From: Mobula hypostoma
Taxonomy: Eukaryota
DNA length: 64,000 bases
NCBI RefSeq assembly: GCF_963921235.1
Contig: NC_086109.1
Location: forward strand, 3,722,001 to 3,786,000
Reading direction: 5' to 3'
Below the pieces are notes generated by a model. That model ran no database searches and was not told the origin of the DNA. It worked only from the letters and a program-made list of their open reading frames with translations. Of the stretch, positions 49,162-61,980 are shown one piece after another (within the stretch, counting starts at the first letter, position 1; every line of letters begins with the position of its first letter). The position numbers and the translations under genes are program-made.

Positions 49162-49530
49162 GGGGTGGAGATACATCTTGACCAAAGAAGGTGTAAGATG
49201 CTCCTTCCCTCCGCTAGCCTGCAGGTCACCCTTGGGCAAGGTGTAGCACCGGCTTAGCCCCCTGATCAGGGTCATGTGAAACCGTGGGAGCAGGTGGTGG
49301 ATGGTGGTATGAGCAGCTGGTGCACATCACAAGTCCTGGTTATGTGACCACTGGCACCAGGCAGACAATCTCTGAGGAGTATCGATAATGGCTGAGGTCA
49401 CCCATCTTGTAAAGACACTGCCCAGAAGACAATGGCAAACCACTTCTGCAGAAAAATTTGACAAGCATAATCAGAGTCAAGACGATGACCGCCCACATCA
49501 AACAACATGTCATGTACTGAATGAGTGATT
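49162..49530 (+). mobile_element. Non-autonomous RTE-related element, copy 2
   Basis: Colinear with 16621-16985, includes cagaagacaatggcaaaccact. Confidence 0.65.
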
Positions 49531-49876
49531 CCTGCGTATCGGGTTGTATTTCATAGTCATCCTTTGGCCAAGCTTGCCCCTGCTGACCGTAAAGTACTCA
49601 TCCTTGCTAATCACGTTTAGACTTCTACACAATGGGTTACCTGCCTTGATACTTTCCAAATGTCGTGAGGATCTCTGTCTCCACACTCACTCAGACAGAT
49701 TCCAGACACCCACTGGGCAGAGAACATCTGTGCTTACTGCTTACCTTGGCTTCAGAATCAGGTTTAATATCACTAATATGAGAAAATTACTGGCTAATTT
49801 ATGAAATTTGTTGTTTTGCGGCAGCAAGACATTGCAATACATAATAAGAGAAAAAACCTAAATTACAGTAAGTGCA

Positions 49877-50411
49877 CAGTACCGTGCAAAAGTCTTCGGC
49901 ACATATACTGTATGTAAAACTCTATGTAAATGATAGCTCAGTACAGTATCTGTCAACGTGGAGCAGAGAGCAAGTTTGTAAATCTGCTGGGAGCAACGGA
50001 TGTTGGGAATGGTGGAGTGCCACAGTAAAGTTGTGGAACCGGTGGCACAGAAGGAGTGCCAGGGGTTGGTGGAGGGGTGGGTACAGACACACCCAGCCCT
50101 GAAACACCAGGAAAGGTCATTTGATTCCAAACAATTGATTTACTGATCGTCTGGTGCTTCCTGCTCCCTCCCCTCTCCCTTCCCCTTTTCCCAACCATGA
50201 TTCCCCTCTCCCTACCCCCTTCCCACTCTCAGTCCATAACAGAGACCCCTATCAGAATCAGGTTTATCACCACCCACATACTGTATGTCATGAAATTTGG
50301 TGTCTTTTTTTGTGGCAGCAGTACAGTGCAATACATAAAATTACTACAGTACTGTGCAAAAGTCTTAGACACCCTAGCTATATATATATAAAAGATTTTT
50401 GCACAGTACTG
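49877..50411 (+). mobile_element. Composite element bounded by Tc1-like mini-MITEs, copy 2
   Basis: Starts cagtaccgtgcaaaagtctt; ends with a full MITE cagtactgtgcaaaagtcttag..ttttgcacagtactg-TA at 50347-50411. Confidence 0.75.
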
Positions 50412-52424
50412 TAAGAAGCTGTTCCTCAGAGCTATGCCTTCCAGTACTTGACAGACATCTCTGCAATGACTGAGACTACATGCGCCTCCCGTAGTTTTGA
50501 AAACTGCTGTCGTTGCCTCCTCAGTGTCCCCATCTCCGAGGGAAAAACTACCTCGTCTCTCCTCAGAATTGAAAAGTTCCAGCACTCCCTGGTTGCTCAC
50601 CTCAGGTCCTGTGTGATAACATCCCTCCTACTGCAGTTTCGCCAATTATAATTTCATAGTCAAGGAGCACTGCAGCACAGCAACAGGTCGTTTGGCCCAT
50701 CTAGTCCCTGCCACACTGTTACTGTGCCTAGTCCTGCACCCGCACCAGAGCCCTCCATGTCCCTGCCATCCATGTGCTTATCCAGACCTCGTAAATGTTG
50801 CATTTGAACCCACGTCCACTACTCCCGCTGGCAGCTTATTCCACACTCTCACCAACCTCTCAGTGAAGTTGCCCTGCAGATTCCCCTTAAAATTTCCACC
50901 TTTCACCCTTAACCCACGACCTCTAGATCTCACCTCACCTAGAGGAAAAAGCCTGCTTGCATTTAACCTATCTATACCCATAATAATTTTGTGTATTTCT
51001 TATAAAATCCCCCCTCATTTTCCTACACTCCAGGGATTGAAGTTCTAAAGTTAACAAATTTCACGACATAGGCCAGTGATCTTAAAGCTGGTTTTTTATT
51101 CTGACCTGTTCATTCAACCTTTCCTCATAACTCAGATCCTCAAGTCCCAGCGGAATCCTTGTAAATTTTCTCTGTACTCTTTCAATCTGAGCAATATTTT
51201 TCCTGTAGGTTTCAGCGAATGTCTCACTGAAATCTTACTTTGCAGTTGCACAGAAGAGGCAATTTAGGAGACGATGCATTTCTTTCAGTTGAGAGAGCAT
51301 GCTGCTTATCGAGGCACAAGAGCACTTGGGAGTTCTCGTTCCGACAGATAACCTGACACTTTGATAAGAGTATTTGGTTGATGTGCGTTTTGAGAATATA
51401 GAGGTGTTGCTGGCTTTAACTACCTGCTCTGTTATTTGTTTGGATCCTTGCTGCGGAAAGTATTGCAAAAGTCCTAACGTTGTAAGTGAGGTGTATGCTA
51501 ACTATTTACAGAGTGACACCGAGGTAATCTGCGCCCTCTGTCCATGTAGCACCAGTGGCTTATTGTTAATGTGCATCTTCTTTAGTCATGGGGTCATAGA
51601 AAAATACAGACAGGCCCTTTGGCCCAATTAAACTGCCTACCCCTATCAACCTGCACAGGGAACGTGTCCCTCCATACCCCTGCCATCCATATACCTATCC
51701 AAACTTCTGTTAAACATTGAAATTGAGCTCACATGCACCACTTGCGCTGGAAGCTCGTTCCACACTCTCACCACCCTCTGAGTGAAGAAGTTTCCCCTCA
51801 TGTTCCCCTTAAACATTTCACCTTTCACCCTTAACACATGGCCTCTGTTTGTCGTCCCACCTGACCTCAGTTCAGTAGTTTTAAGTCACGTTAGTTGAGA
51901 GAAATTTTTTTTTAGTGATCTGTTGATACTTTTTTTGATTGAACATGGTTAAAGTGACTGATCCATCCCAGATTTACGTGAAGGATAATATCAGGTGGGA
52001 TTGTGAGTAGAGAAGAGGTTGTAAAATTTGGAGAAGATACGGACAGGCTCAGTTAGTGGGCAAGGACATGAAGATACATGGAGCAAACATGAAAGCAGAG
52101 TATGTTTGAAATGGTGACAAGATGAAGTGTTGATATTCAAAGGACCCATGAGTCTTTGAAGGTCAATACACAGTTACACCAATGAGTCATCACCCTGGGT
52201 CCTGGTATGGTGGGCTTTCTTAATGAGGAGACATTCAACAGGCTTGGAAAAGGTTCAAAGGTTCATTTTGTTGTGAAAGTATCCATATCCATATACAATA
52301 CAGTTCTGATATTTGTCTTCTCCAGATAGCCACGAAATACAGAAAGACCATGGCAGCTGTTGAAAGAAAAGACAACAATTACCTCCCCCAAAATAAAACT
52401 CACAAACCCCAAAGACCCCCCATT

Positions 52425-52840
52425 GGGTGGTGTGATCATGTCTCTGTTATTCAAGGGTGACTGATGGACAGGGTGGTGTGTTCATGTCTCTGTTATCTGG
52501 GGTGACTGATGAACTGGGTGGTGTGTTCATGTCTCTGTTATCTGGGGTGACTGATGAACTGGGTGGTGTGTTCATATCTCTGTTATCTGGGGGACTGATG
52601 GACGGGGTGGTGTGTTCATGTCTCTGTTATTCAGAGGGACTAATGGATTGGACAGTATGGTATCGTGTGTGTTATCTGGAGTGACTGATTGACTGGGTGG
52701 AGTTTTCATGTCTCTGTCACTCGGAGGGACTAATGGATTGAAAGGTATGGTATTGTGTGTGTTATCTGGGGGAACTAAAGGATTGGACGGTATGGTATTG
52801 TGTGTGTTATCTGGGGGGACTAATGGATTGGACAATATGG
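52425..52840 (+). repeat. ~45-bp degenerate minisatellite, about 9 copies
   Basis: gggtggtgtgttcatgtctctgttatctggggtgactgatgaact, drifting to gtatggtattgtgtgtgttatctgggggaactaa variants. Confidence 0.85.
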
Positions 52841-52960
52841 TCCATGTTTTCTGGGGCCTCCATCAGACCCAGTGAGACAGTCTGACAAGCCGATCAGTTT
52901 GACTGGATCTCCACTCCTCACAGACCTTCTTTGATTTCTCCTCCATTCCTTCCTTTTCAG

Positions 52961-53161
52961 GATTGTCCGCAGCTGGTGCCCTCAAACGAGATTCTTATCC
53001 CAGTTGGAGAGGAGAAGCCAATCACGCTGAAAGCCCGGAACCTTCCACAGCCTCAGTCTGGGCAGCGAGGCTACGAATGTGTCCTGAACGTGACGGGGGT
53101 GAGCAAGCGAGTGCCAGCCCTACGGTTCAACAGCTCCAGCGTGCAGTGTCAGAACAGCTCG
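52961..53161 (+). CDS. plxna2: Plexin-A2-like internal exon (IPT2), 201 nt
   Basis: tccttttcag| acceptor, TCG|gtgag donor; [67 protein letters not shown]. Confidence 0.96.
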
Positions 53162-53364
53162 GTGAGTCAGGCGTCCGTACTCTGTACTCAGTCAGACTGG
53201 TGTCGGGCAGACTGTCACCGAGCTCAGTGTAGCGTGGATCATAGTCACAGAGTCCTTCGGCATAGGGAAGTCCATTCAGCCCATCTTGTCCACACTGACC
53301 GGAGGATGCCCCATCGCCCAGCACTTGCGCGCAGCCCCCTGTTGCCAAGGTGATCCATCGGGAT

Positions 53365-53586
53365 ATTTGGAGATACAGCATGGTAACAGGTCGTTCTGGC
53401 CCAGTGAGTTACACCCATGTGAGCATTTCCCCTCCTAACCAGTATGCCTTCGGAATGTAGGAGGAAACGGGAGCACCCAATGGAAACCCATGCGGTCACG
53501 GGGAGAACGTGCAAACTCCTTACAGACAACAGTGGGAATTGACCCCGGGTCACTGGCACTGTAGTAGCATTACGTCACTGTGCCAT
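53365..53586 (-). mobile_element. tRNA-derived V-SINE
   Basis: ggaaacccatgcggtcacggggagaacgtgcaaactccttacagac..gggaattgacccc. Confidence 0.8.
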
Positions 53587-53894
53587 CCTCTTTTTTTTAT
53601 CACTGTCAGCGCTCTCTCCGGCAGTGTGTTTCAGGTACTGAACGGGCTGCATGAAACGTGAGCGATAGAGTCACTGAACCCTACAGCATGGAGCAGGCCA
53701 CTCGGCCCAGTTCATCCAGACGGGCCAGTGTCTCCTTATGTACTAAACCCGTCTCCCAGCCGTCTGTTGCCAAAGCGATTCACCAAGAAACTTCTGAAAT
53801 GTCAGTAACTCTGCTTTTGCCCTCTCTCTCTCAGAGTGATCCAGGTACTGGCTGCTCGCTGGGTGAAGGACATTTCCCTCACATCCCCTCTAGC

Positions 53895-54158
53895 TCGGTA
53901 GGGTGTAGCGTTTACTGTACTAGCAACCCGAGTTCAATTCCCGTAAGGAGTTTGTACGTTCTCCCCGTGACCACGTGGGTTTCCTCCAGTTGCTCTGCTT
54001 TCATCCCGCAGTCCAGAGACATACTGGTTAGTTGGTTAATTGTTCTTTGTAAATTCTCTCGTGATCGGGCTCGGATTAAATCGGGGTGGTGTGGCTCAAA
54101 GGGCCGGAGGGCCTAATTCCCTAAACTGCACTGTGTCTCAGTAAGTAAATAAATAAAT
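53895..54158 (+). mobile_element. tRNA-derived V-SINE
   Basis: gagttcaattcc, ggagtttgtacgttctccccgtgaccacgtgggtttcc, (taaa)n tail. Confidence 0.8.
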
Positions 54159-54996
54159 CTCTTCTCCCTCCCCTTAGTCTGTGTGCTCTAGTTTCATTCA
54201 GCTCTGATAAGGGGTCAAGTTTCCAGTAGTCCACAACTTCTATATCTCTCCCACATCATTTCATTTACCTTAGTCACGGTCCTTCTTCACCTTCTTAAGG
54301 GACAGGACTGGCAGCTTAATGTTCCAAGTACAGGTGCTTTCGGCTGCTCTGGAAAGTTAGATTGGATGAATCTTATCAGATAGAAAATTCCCTGCTAATT
54401 CCAGAATCAGAATCAGGTTTCATATCACCGGCGTATGTTGTGAAATTTGTTGTTTAACAGCAGCTGTACATTGCAATACAGAATAATAAACAAAACTACA
54501 CATTACAATAAATTAAATAGATGGTGCAAAAAGAGTGCAAAAAAAAAGAAAAAGGAAACATTGAGGTAGTGCTCATGGGTTCAATGTCCATTAAAAAATC
54601 TGGCAGCAGAGGGGAAGAAGCTGTTCCTGAATCATTCAGTGTATGTCTTCAGGCTTCTGTACCTCCTCCATGATGGTAGCAATGAGAAGAAGGCTTGTCT
54701 CAGGTGGTGCTCCCACAAGGAGAAACGTTCTTTCCATGCTGAGCACAGGAAGCACAATTTGAACATTATTCATCACAGATTTACAGGCTGCTATATAATA
54801 TTCCAGTAAAATCAACAAGATAACGCTATCAATGTACTTATTGTGTTGATGATAGTATCTTTGTTACTTCTACCACAGATAAAAAGCTATTTAATCTCTG
54901 ATTTCAGGATAAGGACATTATCCATTATCCAGACCTTGGGGTGTGACTGGGCTCCCCCACTCAGACACTGAGTGCCACTGACTGTGTCCCTCACCT

Positions 54997-55016
54997 TCAC
55001 ACACTCACTCTCCTAC

Positions 55017-55073
<57 letters not shown>

Positions 55074-55390
55074 CACACACACACTCACACACACACACAC
55101 ACACACACTCACTCATAAGACCATAAGATATAGGAGCAGAGGTAGGCCATTCAGCCCATCGAGTCTGCTCCGCTATTCAATCATGGGCTGATCCAATTCT
55201 TCCAGTCATCCGCACTCCCCTGCCTTCACTCCATACCCTTTGTTGCCCTGGCTAATCAAGAACCTGTTTACCTCTGCCATAAATACACCCAATGACTTGG
55301 CCTCCATAGCCGCTCGTGGCACACTCACTCTCCTATACACACACACACTCCCCCCACCCTCCCCACACACACACACACACACACACACAC
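54997..55390. repeat. (CA)n microsatellites flanking a minus-strand CR1 tail fragment (55116-55320)
   Basis: CA runs at about 55025-55110 and 55337-55390, each preceded by acactcactctccta. Confidence 0.85.
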
Positions 55391-55527
55391 AGCTGCCATT
55401 TCATACCTCAGAATCAGGTTTGTTATCATTGACCTGTCACAAAACTTGTTGTCTCTCAGTAGCAGTACAAAGCAAGGCAGACAATTAGTATGTTACAGAA
55501 TTAAATAAGTTGAGTAGTAACTGAGTA

Positions 55528-56060
55528 ACACACACAAAATGCTGGAGGAACTCAGCAGGTCAGGCGGCATCTATGAAAATGAATAAACGGTGGATATTTC
55601 AGGCCGAGAGCCAACTTCAGGAACAGAATGGGAGGGGGAAGATGCCAGAATAAAAAGGTGGGTGGGGGGAAGGTGGATGGGGGGAAGGAGGATAGCTAGA
55701 AAGTGACAGGTGAAATCAGGTGAGTGGGAAAAAGAAAGGACTGGAGAGGAAGGGATCTGTTAGAAGAGGAGAGTGCACTATAGGAGGAGGGGACCCAGGG
55801 AGGGGTGATAGGCAGGTGAGGAGAGGTAAGAGGCCCAAGTGGGGAATAGAAGAGGGGAGGGGGAGGACATTTTTTTTAACCAGAAGGAGAAATCAATGTT
55901 CATGCCATCAGGTTGGAGGCTACCCAGACAGACTATAAAGCATTGTTCCTCCACCCTGAGGCTGACCTCATCTTGGCACAAGAGGGGGTCATGGATCAAC
56001 ATGTCAGAATGGGAATGGAAATCAGAATTAAAACGTTCGGCCACTGGGAAGTTCTAGTTT
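55528..56060 (-). mobile_element. Penelope-like 3' fragment (end of GIY-YIG domain, UTR, tail)
   Basis: Minus-strand peptide FNSDFHSHSDMLIH..LRVEEQ..LGSLQPDGMNIDFSF matches the C-terminus of 21682-22710. Confidence 0.85.
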
Positions 56061-56775
56061 TGACAGAAGGTATTGTTCATGGATTCATGGGCAACTTCTG
56101 AAAACTTCAGAGAGAAAGATGCAATTGCTAAAGCGTTGAATGTGGCTCCTGTACCTCCTCGCTGACGGTAGCGATGAGAAGAGGATACGTCCTGAATGGT
56201 GGGGAGGGATATGCCAGCGGTGGAGCTGGCTGAGTGCACAATCTTCTGCAGCCTCTTGCGATCGTGTGTATTGCAGGCTTCATACTAGGCAGTGAGGCAG
56301 CCAGTTACAGTGTACACCACCCCTTTGGTGACAAAGCAAACCTCCTCAAACTCCTAGTGAAGTGGAACTGCTGGTGTGCCTCCTTCATAACTGCATCAAT
56401 ATGTTGGGCCCAAGATAGATCATGAGAGATGCTGACAACCAGGAGCTTGAACCTGCTCACCCCTCCTATCACTGACTCCTCAATGAGGGCTGGTGTGTAT
56501 GTCCTCCTGACTTGCATTCCATCACAGAAAGGAAGCAGACCTTTTGGCCCACTGTCTGTGCTGAGCATCAACCACACTAAGCCTACAATATTTCCTTTTT
56601 ATTGTGCCCACCTCCAGCAGATTCTACTCTTCACCCACACACAAGGGGCAAATTACCCCAATCATTGCACCCAACATCAGTAAAACCAAAGGACTGATTG
56701 TGGACTTCAGAAAGGGTAAGATGAGGGAACACACAATGAGATCTAGGTGTTCTTGTACATCAGTCACTGAAAGCA

Positions 56776-57264
56776 AGCATGCAGGTTCAGAAGGTTAATT
56801 CCTGGGATGGCAGGATTGTCATATGTTGAGAAATTGGAGCGACTAGGCTTGTATACACTGGAATTTAGAAGGCTGAGAGGGGATCTGATTGAAACATATA
56901 AGATTATTAAGGTATTGGACAAACTGTAGGCAGGAAGCATGTCCCCGCTGATGGGTGAGTCCAGAACCAGAGGCCACCATTTAAGAATTAGGGGTAGGCC
57001 ATTTAGAACGAAGTTGAGAAAAAACTTTTTCACCCAGAGAGTGGTGGATATGTGGAATGCTCTGCCCCAGAAGGTAGTGGAGGCCAAGTCTCTGGATGCT
57101 TTCAAGAAAGAGATGGATAGAGCTCTTAACGATAGTGGAAACAAAGGTTATGGGGATAAGGCAGGAACTGGATACTGATTGTAGATGATCAGCCATGATC
57201 ACAGTGAATGGCGATGCTGGCTCAAAGGGCCGAATGGCCTACTCCTGCACCTATTGTCTATTGT
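56776..57264 (+). mobile_element. CR1 3' fragment nested in a Rex1-like LINE fragment (about 56640-57900)
   Basis: GESRTRGHHLRIRGRPFRTKLRKNFFTQRVV and (ctattgt)n tail, same subfamily as 6800-8030; the Rex1-like VSNFKFL..NISEYLTWTQHID peptide follows. Confidence 0.85.
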
Positions 57265-58009
57265 CCTCATAGAAGGATCAGAAGAGGAGAGAGTGAGCAA
57301 TTTCAAGTTCTTGAGTGACAACATCTCTGAGTATCTAACCTGGACCCAACATATTGATACAGCTACAAAGAAGGCACGACAGTGGCTATATTTCGTTAGG
57401 AGCTTGAGAGGATTTGGTATGTCACAAAAATACTCCAAAATTTCTACAGATATACTGTAGAGAACATTCTAACTGGCTTCATCACCATCTGGTATGGGTG
57501 TGTGGTGGGGAGGTGGGAGTGGCGTCCACAGCACAGGATCAAAGTAAGTTGCAGAGAGCTGTAAACTTTTTCAGCTCCATCATGAGCACTAGCCTTTGTA
57601 GTACCCAAGGCATCTCCAAAGAGCGATGCCTTAAAAAGGCGGCATCCATCATTAAGGACCTCCATCACCCAGGTTGTGCCTTGTTCTCCTTGCTACCATC
57701 ACAAAGGAGATGCAGAAGCCTGAAGGCACACACTCAGTGATTCAGGAACAGCTTCTTCCCCTCTGCCACTTGATTTCTAAATAGACATTGAACCCATGAA
57801 CACCACCTCACTACTTTTTTATTTCTATATATAATATATATAATTCACAGTAATTTTCTCTCTATTATTATGCATTGCAGTGGACTGTTGACAACAGAAG
57901 ATACCAAATATACTAAAACAAGCACGTGGAATACTTTCAAACTTATTTACATTTGAGAAAATGTCTAATAATTTCTTCAGGCACCAACTTGAGGATGGTA
58001 ATAACACTC

Positions 58010-58690
58010 TAAGATAAGGATATAGGAGCAAAATCAGGCCATTTGGCCCAGTGAATCTACTCTGCCATTGCATCATAGCCGATCCATTCTCCCTGTCAGT
58101 CAAAAGCTCCTGCCTCCTCCCTGTATCCCTTCATACCCTGACTAGTCAAGAATCTATCAGCATCTGCCATAAATATATCCAATGGCTTTACCTCCACGGT
58201 CACCTATGACAATAAATTCCACAGATTTATCACTCTCTGGCTAAAGAAATTCCTCCTCATCTCCATTCTAAAACAATGCTCCTCTATTCTGAGGCTGTGT
58301 CCTATCGTCTTAGACTTCTCCACCATAGGAAACATCCTCTTCATATCCTCTCTACTGAGGACTTTCAACCTTCAATAGGTTTCAATTAGGTCACCCCCCA
58401 TTTTCCTGGATACCAGAACAATCAGATGCTCATCATATGACAAACCTTTCCATACCAGAATCATTTCTGTAAAGCTCCTTTGAACCCTCTCCAATGTCAG
58501 CACATCCTTTCTTAGATATGTGGCCCAAAACTGCACCCAATATTCCAAGTGAGGCCTCACCAGTGTTTTATAAAGCCTCAACATTACAACCTTGCTTTTA
58601 TATTCTGGTCCTCTCAAAATGAATTCTGAAATCACTCTTGCCTTCCTCGCTACTGACTCAACCTGCAATTTAACCTTTAGAGAAGTCAAG
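58010..58690 (-). mobile_element. CR1 3' fragment
   Basis: LRLYKTLVRPHLEYWVQFWA..LERVQR..GDLIETY. Confidence 0.8.
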
Positions 58691-59478
58691 GTGTCAAATC
58701 TGGAAAAAATAATCTAAAGGCAGCTGTTCCTCAGCAGGTCCAGAGGAAGTATGATCCATACTGAAGTTAGCTCATCAGTAAAGTCCAGGCTGACAGCTGC
58801 TGATAACTGTTTTCTCTTATTATTGTGTTGCGTCCTGCCGGTCTGAAGGACACAGAGAGAGGACGCATCTGGTAAAGTCCAGGTAATGTTCTGCTTCCGA
58901 AGCAGCCATGACAGGAGGAAGCAGCTCCCACCTCTGTGTCCCTGTATTCCCATGGCAAGGGCTTTCTATTCATTTAATCCTCTGCTCTGCTGACAGCGAA
59001 GTTGATTCTGATCAAATGAGCAGTTGGACAGGGAGGGACAGTGCCTCGTGGCCAGGGGTATTGGGACTGATGTGTGTGTGGTGGGCCTGTCGAAGTATAA
59101 CAGGGTTGGACTCTTCCCATTGGTCAGGTGGGGTGGGACCATCCAGATGTAATGGGACTATGCTGCTTTGCAGGAGAGAACAGATTGGTTTAAATCTCAG
59201 TTGCCATAACAACAGTGTCATGCCACCACATTGCTGGGTCTTTGAAGTACAAGGAACACGTGGAGTTGCTTCAGTCAGTGTCCTATTCCAGTAGATTATG
59301 TTTAATCTCTGGCCTTTCACTGAAGCCATTGGGTAGGACAAGAGGAGGACATCTCATTGGGGATTTCTCAGCTCTCTTACCACAGCAGGGCTGGTTCAGA
59401 ATGTTAACAGCAGGATAGTTAACCTAGATGTTTAGCGAACCATGGTTCTAACCTCTGCATGTGTAACTCCTGTTTCAG

Positions 59479-59575
59479 TATCACTATGACGCAGTGGACC
59501 TCAGTGACCTGCTAATTGAATTCTCAGTGGTGTGGAATGGAAACTTCATCATTGACAACCCAGCAAATATCAAAG
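59479..59575 (+). CDS. plxna2: Plexin-A2-like internal exon (end of IPT2), 97 nt
   Basis: tgtttcag| acceptor, AAAG|gtataa donor; [32 protein letters not shown]. Confidence 0.93.
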
Positions 59576-59769
59576 GTATAAATGCACCAGTTTTAGCAGA
59601 GTATGGTGGACCTCCTGGGACCCAGGGCTCACTTCTTCCGGCCTCTGAACCATTGACCTAAACTTGGAGAATGCACAGACTGTCCATCTGTGGCCAACAG
59701 TGCTGACCTGGGGTGGAATATTGAGTCTTACACCCAATGGAGTAGAACTTTCACACCGGGGAATGGATT

Positions 59770-60795
59770 GAAAAATGACAGATGGAATTTAATGCAGAGA
59801 AGTGTGAAGTGTTACACTTTGGAAAGACAGTCTAGGGTAGGACTTACACAGGTAGAACATGGGGATCTGGGAATACAGGTCCATAGTTCCTTGGAAGTGT
59901 CATCACAAGAAGATAGGTTGTAAAGAGAGCTTCAAGTACCGAGTACAGGAGGTGAGATGTTATGTTGAAGTTGTAGAAGATATTAGTGAGGACAAATTTA
60001 GAATATTGTGTGCAGTTCTGGTTGCCTACCAATAGAAAAGATATCAATAAGCTCAAAAGAGTGCAGGGAAAATTTACACAGATGTTGCTAGATTTGAGGA
60101 TGCAAGTTATAGGGAAAGGTTGAGTTGGTTAGGACATTATTCCGTAGAGAGTAGGAGAATGAGGGGAGATTTGATAGGGATGTACAGAATTATGCGGGGT
60201 ATAGATGCGGTGAATGCAAGCACGTATTTTCCACTGAGACTGGGTGGGACTACAACCAGAGGTCATGGGTGAAAGGTTTAACTGCTCCGCACACAAACTG
60301 CTGGAGGAACTCAGCAGACCAGGTTGCAACTATAGAAGAGAGTACAGTCGACGTTTCGAGCCGAGATCCTTCAGCAGGAAGAGACTTACCAGGATGCTGC
60401 CTGGATTAGACAGTGTGGATAGGTCGAGTGAGCTAGGGCTTTTCTCTTTAGAGCGAAGGAGGATGAGGGGAGACTTGATAGAGGTATACAAGATAAAAAG
60501 CAAAGGTTACATCCACTTTTTCCCAGGGCAGAAATGACCGATACAAGGGGGAACCATTTTAAGGTGATTGGAGGAAGGTATGGTGGAGATGTAAGAGCTA
60601 GGTTTTTCACACAGAGAGTGGTGGGTGTGTGGAATGCCCTGTGGTAGAGGCAGATACATTAGGGACACTTAATAGACACATGGATGATAGAAACCTGGAG
60701 GGAAGGGTTAGATCAATCTAAGAGTAGGTTAGAAGGTTAGCACAACATCACGGGCTGAAGGGCCTGTACTGTGCTGTGCTGTTCCATGTTCTGAA
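59770..60795 (+). mobile_element. Two CR1 3' fragments separated by a minus-strand Penelope tail/hammerhead fragment (60288-60382)
   Basis: CR1 peptides on +; the reverse complement of 60345-60380 reads cCTGCTGAaggatctcggctcGAAAcGTCgactg. Confidence 0.75.
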
Positions 60796-61827
60796 TAATC
60801 AGCCTGAATTATTAGCCGTGGATTTAAGCTTGCTGCAGACGATGTGCATGTCCCTGAGGTACTGAGCAGGTTTCACATTGTCCCACAATCAGAATCCTGC
60901 TGTTTCCTCCAGATTTTAACAGACGCCCCGCTATTAGATATCATTAAACCCGATTCCTCCCCTATCGAGATGAGCTTTTGCAGTTTGAAAGAGCTGGTAA
61001 GTATTAAGCTTGACAATTGTGCAATCCACTCTGAAAGTGCAGAGGCAATCAGGCTGATGATTGTGCTAATGCGATTGGCGGGGAGGTTTCCCTTTGTGCC
61101 GCACTGCCTTCAGAGGCTGTGATCATTCCTGCTCGTTTCAGCAGTGATGCACAGGCAAGGACTGCTCATGATTGGAAGGCCGGTGGTAGGGGCTGTGGTA
61201 TCAGGAAGCAGCCAGGACCTCACCCGTCCTTCGTTGCAGTACGTTCGTGCTCTGAAAGCTGCATTGGGGGGTAATGGGATGATGGGAGTCACTCCAAGAC
61301 CATAAGACAGAGGGGCAGAATCTGGCCTTTTAGCCTGTCGAATCTGCTCCGCTATTTGATCATGACTGATCTATCGTTGCCCCTTCAACCCCATTCTTCT
61401 GCCTTCTCCCCATAACCTTTGACCCCCTGACTAATAAAGAACTTACCAGCCCCTGCTTTAAATATTTTTATTTACTTAGAGGTACAGAGGGGAACAGGCC
61501 GTTTGGCTCAACGAGCCCCACCACCCGGCAGCCCTCCGATTTAACCCTAGCCTGATCACTCATTAACCACTCCGTCTTTCGACTGTGGGAGGAAACTGGA
61601 GCACCCGAAGGAAACCCATGCGCTCATGGGAAGGACGTAGAAAACTCTTACAGAGGGTGTCGGATTTGAACTCCACAGTTCGATGCCCCAAGTGGTAATA
61701 GCATCGCCCTAACTGCTACACTCCCGTGATTCTCAGATGACTTGGCCTCCACAGCCATCTGTGGCAATGAATCTCTCCACCCTCTGGCTAAAGAACATCT
61801 TCTTCATCTCTGTCCTAAAGGGAAGGC

Positions 61828-61980
61828 CTTGTTATCTGAGGCTGTGCCCTCTGGTCCGAGACTATCCCACTACTGAAAACATCCTCTCCACGTCCAGTCC
61901 TTGTTATCTGAGGCTGTGCCCTCTGGTCTGAGACTATCCCACTACTGAAAACATCCTCTCCACGTCCAGTCCTTATTATC
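61828..61980 (+). repeat. Local 72-bp tandem duplication inside a minus-strand CR1 fragment
   Basis: cttgttatctgaggctgtgccctctggtc..acatcctctccacgtccagtc occurs twice plus a partial third start. Confidence 0.85.

Noticed and set aside
59576..59581. Donor GTATAA as a U12-type splice site
   Set aside because: U12 donors need RTATCCT; this is a weak U2 GT donor.
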